Shown here piece after piece: positions 59,960-64,000 of a DNA stretch of 64,000 nucleotides. A program made the position numbers and the translations under genes. The stretch lies in the NCBI GenBank assembly GCA_965214405.1, contig OZ243956.1, positions 2,816,001 through 2,880,000 of the forward strand, given 5' to 3'. The notes under the pieces are model-generated. The model did not search any database. It saw nothing but the letters and a program-made list of their open reading frames with translations, and was not told the origin of the DNA. This stretch comes from Trueperaceae bacterium (GTDB lineage: Bacteria > Deinococcota > Deinococci > Deinococcales > Trueperaceae). How positions within the stretch are numbered: the stretch's first letter is position 1; each line of letters begins with the position of its first letter.

Positions 59960-60667
59960 ATGATAGCCGTTATCAGATTCCCCGGTTCCAACTGCGACGA
60001 CGACGCGCGTTACATATTGGCGGACGTGCTGGGGGCCGATGTGCGCCTCGTGTGGCACCGCGACACCGACCTAGACGCCGACAGCCTGGACGCCGTGGTG
60101 CTGCCCGGCGGCTTTTCGTACGGCGACCACCTGCGGAGTGGCGCGGTGGCTGCTTTAAGCCCCGTGATGCGCGAAGTGGCAGCCTTTGCAGCGCGTGGCG
60201 GGCCGGTCCTGGGCATCTGCAACGGCTTTCAGATTCTCACCGAAGCGGGCCTCTTGCTGGGCGGGCTCCTGCGCAACCCGTCGCTCCATTTTGTCTGTAA
60301 GCCCGTCTATCTGCGGGTCGAAAAGACCGACACGCCTTTTACGAATCTATACGCACAAGAGCAGGTTTTGGGGATGCCCGTCGCGCATAACGAGGGCCGC
60401 TACTACGCGGACGCGGAAACGCTGGCGCGGCTCGAGGGCGAAAACCGCGTCGTTTTCCGCTATTGCAACGCCCAAGGCGAGGTTAACGAGGAAAGCAGCC
60501 CCAACAGCAGCTTTCACAACATCGCGGGCGTCGTCAACGCGCAGGGCAACGTGCTAGGCATGATGCCGCATCCTGAAAGAGCCTCGGAGGAACTTCTGGG
60601 CTCTGCTGACGGTTTGCCGCTTTTTCGGGCGCTGCTCGAGAGGACCCAAAAAGGAGCTTTCACCTAA
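59960..60667 (+). CDS. purQ: Phosphoribosylformylglycinamidine synthase I
   Basis: FPGSNC, PGGFSYGD, GICNGFQ and MMPHPE motifs. Confidence 0.97.
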   Translation: MIAVIRFPGSNCDDDARYILADVLGADVRLVWHRDTDLDADSLDAVVLPGGFSYGDHLRSGAVAALSPVMREVAAFAARGGPVLGICNGFQILTEAGLLLGGLLRNPSLHFVCKPVYLRVEKTDTPFTNLYAQEQVLGMPVAHNEGRYYADAETLARLEGENRVVFRYCNAQGEVNEESSPNSSFHNIAGVVNAQGNVLGMMPHPERASEELLGSADGLPLFRALLERTQKGAFT

Positions 60668-60668
60668 A

Positions 60669-61544
60669 ATGCGCCACCTCATCGTCTCCGACATCGACCA
60701 CACCCTACTCAGCAACACGGGCGAACTTTTAGCCGACAACGTGGCGGCGCTTAGTGAAGCGCGACGGGCGGGCGCGACGGTGGTGCTCGCCACGGCGCGC
60801 TCGTTTATCGGCGCGCTGCCCGTCCACCGGGCGCTGGGACTCGAGACGCCCCTCATCGTGAGCAACGGGACGATCGTGTGCGACCCGGACGGCACGATTC
60901 TGATGGTGCAGGCCGTGGAAGCTGCAACGGCTAGGGCGGTATTCGACCTTTTTGAAGGAACGCCCCACCACTGGTCGCTGCGGCGCGGGGACGTGGCGCA
61001 CCTTCACCCAGGGTTTGATTGCAGCCGCGCGCCTTTTGACGACGCGCGTTACTACCAGCCGCTGCTGGGAAGGCCTCGAGATTTCTTCGGCACGTTTGAT
61101 GATATCGTCACGCTGAGCCTTTTTGGGCAGGACTTGAGGAGCTTTTACGACGCGCACCCCTGGATTGATATGGCGCTCGCCCCCTCCTACTACGCGCCCT
61201 CCTACTATGACCCGCGCGAGGCGATGACGCTGATGTCGGTGAGCGCGAGCAAGGGCGAGGCGGTGCGCTGGGTGCAGAAGTATCTGGGGCTTGGCGGCGC
61301 GCCCGTGCTGACGATTGGCGACTCTACCGCCGACGCCACCATGTTCGCCTGCGGCGTGGGTGTCGCCCCCGCTTACGCGTCCGCCGAGGCGCTGGCCCAA
61401 GCCCACTGGATAGGTCCCTGTTGTGATGAAGGAGTCGTGGCGGCGGCGGTGAGGCGGTTTGTGTTTGAAGGGCTCGAGCCTGCGGTCAAGGTTAAAGCTC
61501 TCCTCACGCCTCTTCAGACCCTCGAGAACGTCCTCGAGGGGTGA
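60669..61544 (+). CDS. Cof-type HAD hydrolase
   Basis: SDIDHTLL, ATAR, SKG and IGDSTAD motifs. Confidence 0.85.
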   Translation: MRHLIVSDIDHTLLSNTGELLADNVAALSEARRAGATVVLATARSFIGALPVHRALGLETPLIVSNGTIVCDPDGTILMVQAVEAATARAVFDLFEGTPHHWSLRRGDVAHLHPGFDCSRAPFDDARYYQPLLGRPRDFFGTFDDIVTLSLFGQDLRSFYDAHPWIDMALAPSYYAPSYYDPREAMTLMSVSASKGEAVRWVQKYLGLGGAPVLTIGDSTADATMFACGVGVAPAYASAEALAQAHWIGPCCDEGVVAAAVRRFVFEGLEPAVKVKALLTPLQTLENVLEG

Positions 61545-61633
61545 CGGTTCAAAAACGCTTTAACCATGTTCTCTTTACCTGCGGTTAAAGAGTTTGCAGA
61601 ACCACCCACACAAAAATGCCTTAAACTAACCTC

Positions 61634-63847
<2,214 letters not shown>

Positions 63848-63857
63848 GAGGACGAGT

Positions 63858-64000
63858 ATGTACAATTCCCTTGAAAATGATATCGACAAGCCGCAAGAAG
63901 AGTGCGGCGTGTTCGCGCTCCACCTCCCTCAGAGGGCGGAGGGCACTCCAGATATTGCCTCGCTCTGCCACTTGGGCCTGTTCGCGCTCCAGCACCGCGG
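63858..64000 (+). CDS. purF: Amidophosphoribosyltransferase, 5' part
   Basis: MYNSLENDIDKPQEECGVF...GLFALQHRG. Confidence 0.9.
   Translation, partial: MYNSLENDIDKPQEECGVFALHLPQRAEGTPDIASLCHLGLFALQHR

Overview
A roughly 60% GC bacterial chromosome segment, most consistent with Deinococcota (Trueperaceae-like). That assignment is inferred from the SlpA-type SLH protein, the stand-alone E3-binding-domain protein, the archaeal-type non-discriminating AspRS and frequent leaderless genes. Core genes are uvrB, osmC, ispF, sufC-sufB-sufD-Rieske, lnt, htpG, tRNA-Leu(CAA), secG, a peptide-type ABC operon, hslVU, tdk, aspS2 and purQ-purL-purF. Accessory content includes a low-GC PIN/HEPN islet broken by an IS4 element, an Lva-like acyl-CoA cluster, three toxin-antitoxin pairs whose toxins look damaged at the N-terminus (two of the pairs lie inside the suf operon), two large Ig-domain lipoproteins and an intact ISKra4-like element. 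The most notable observation is a complete ribosome-dependent transcription attenuator upstream of the Asp/Asn non-discriminating aspS: a leader peptide with Asn-Asp-Asp-Asn control codons plus protector, antiterminator and terminator pairings. Also notable are a HIP1-like excess of the palindrome CTCGAG that is missing from the foreign DNA, a shared Irr/PerR-like box at the suf and VIT1/CCC1 promoters, and an SLH-coiled coil-collagen-beta-barrel envelope protein. All calls come from reading the sequence and motifs by eye; no database search was run.
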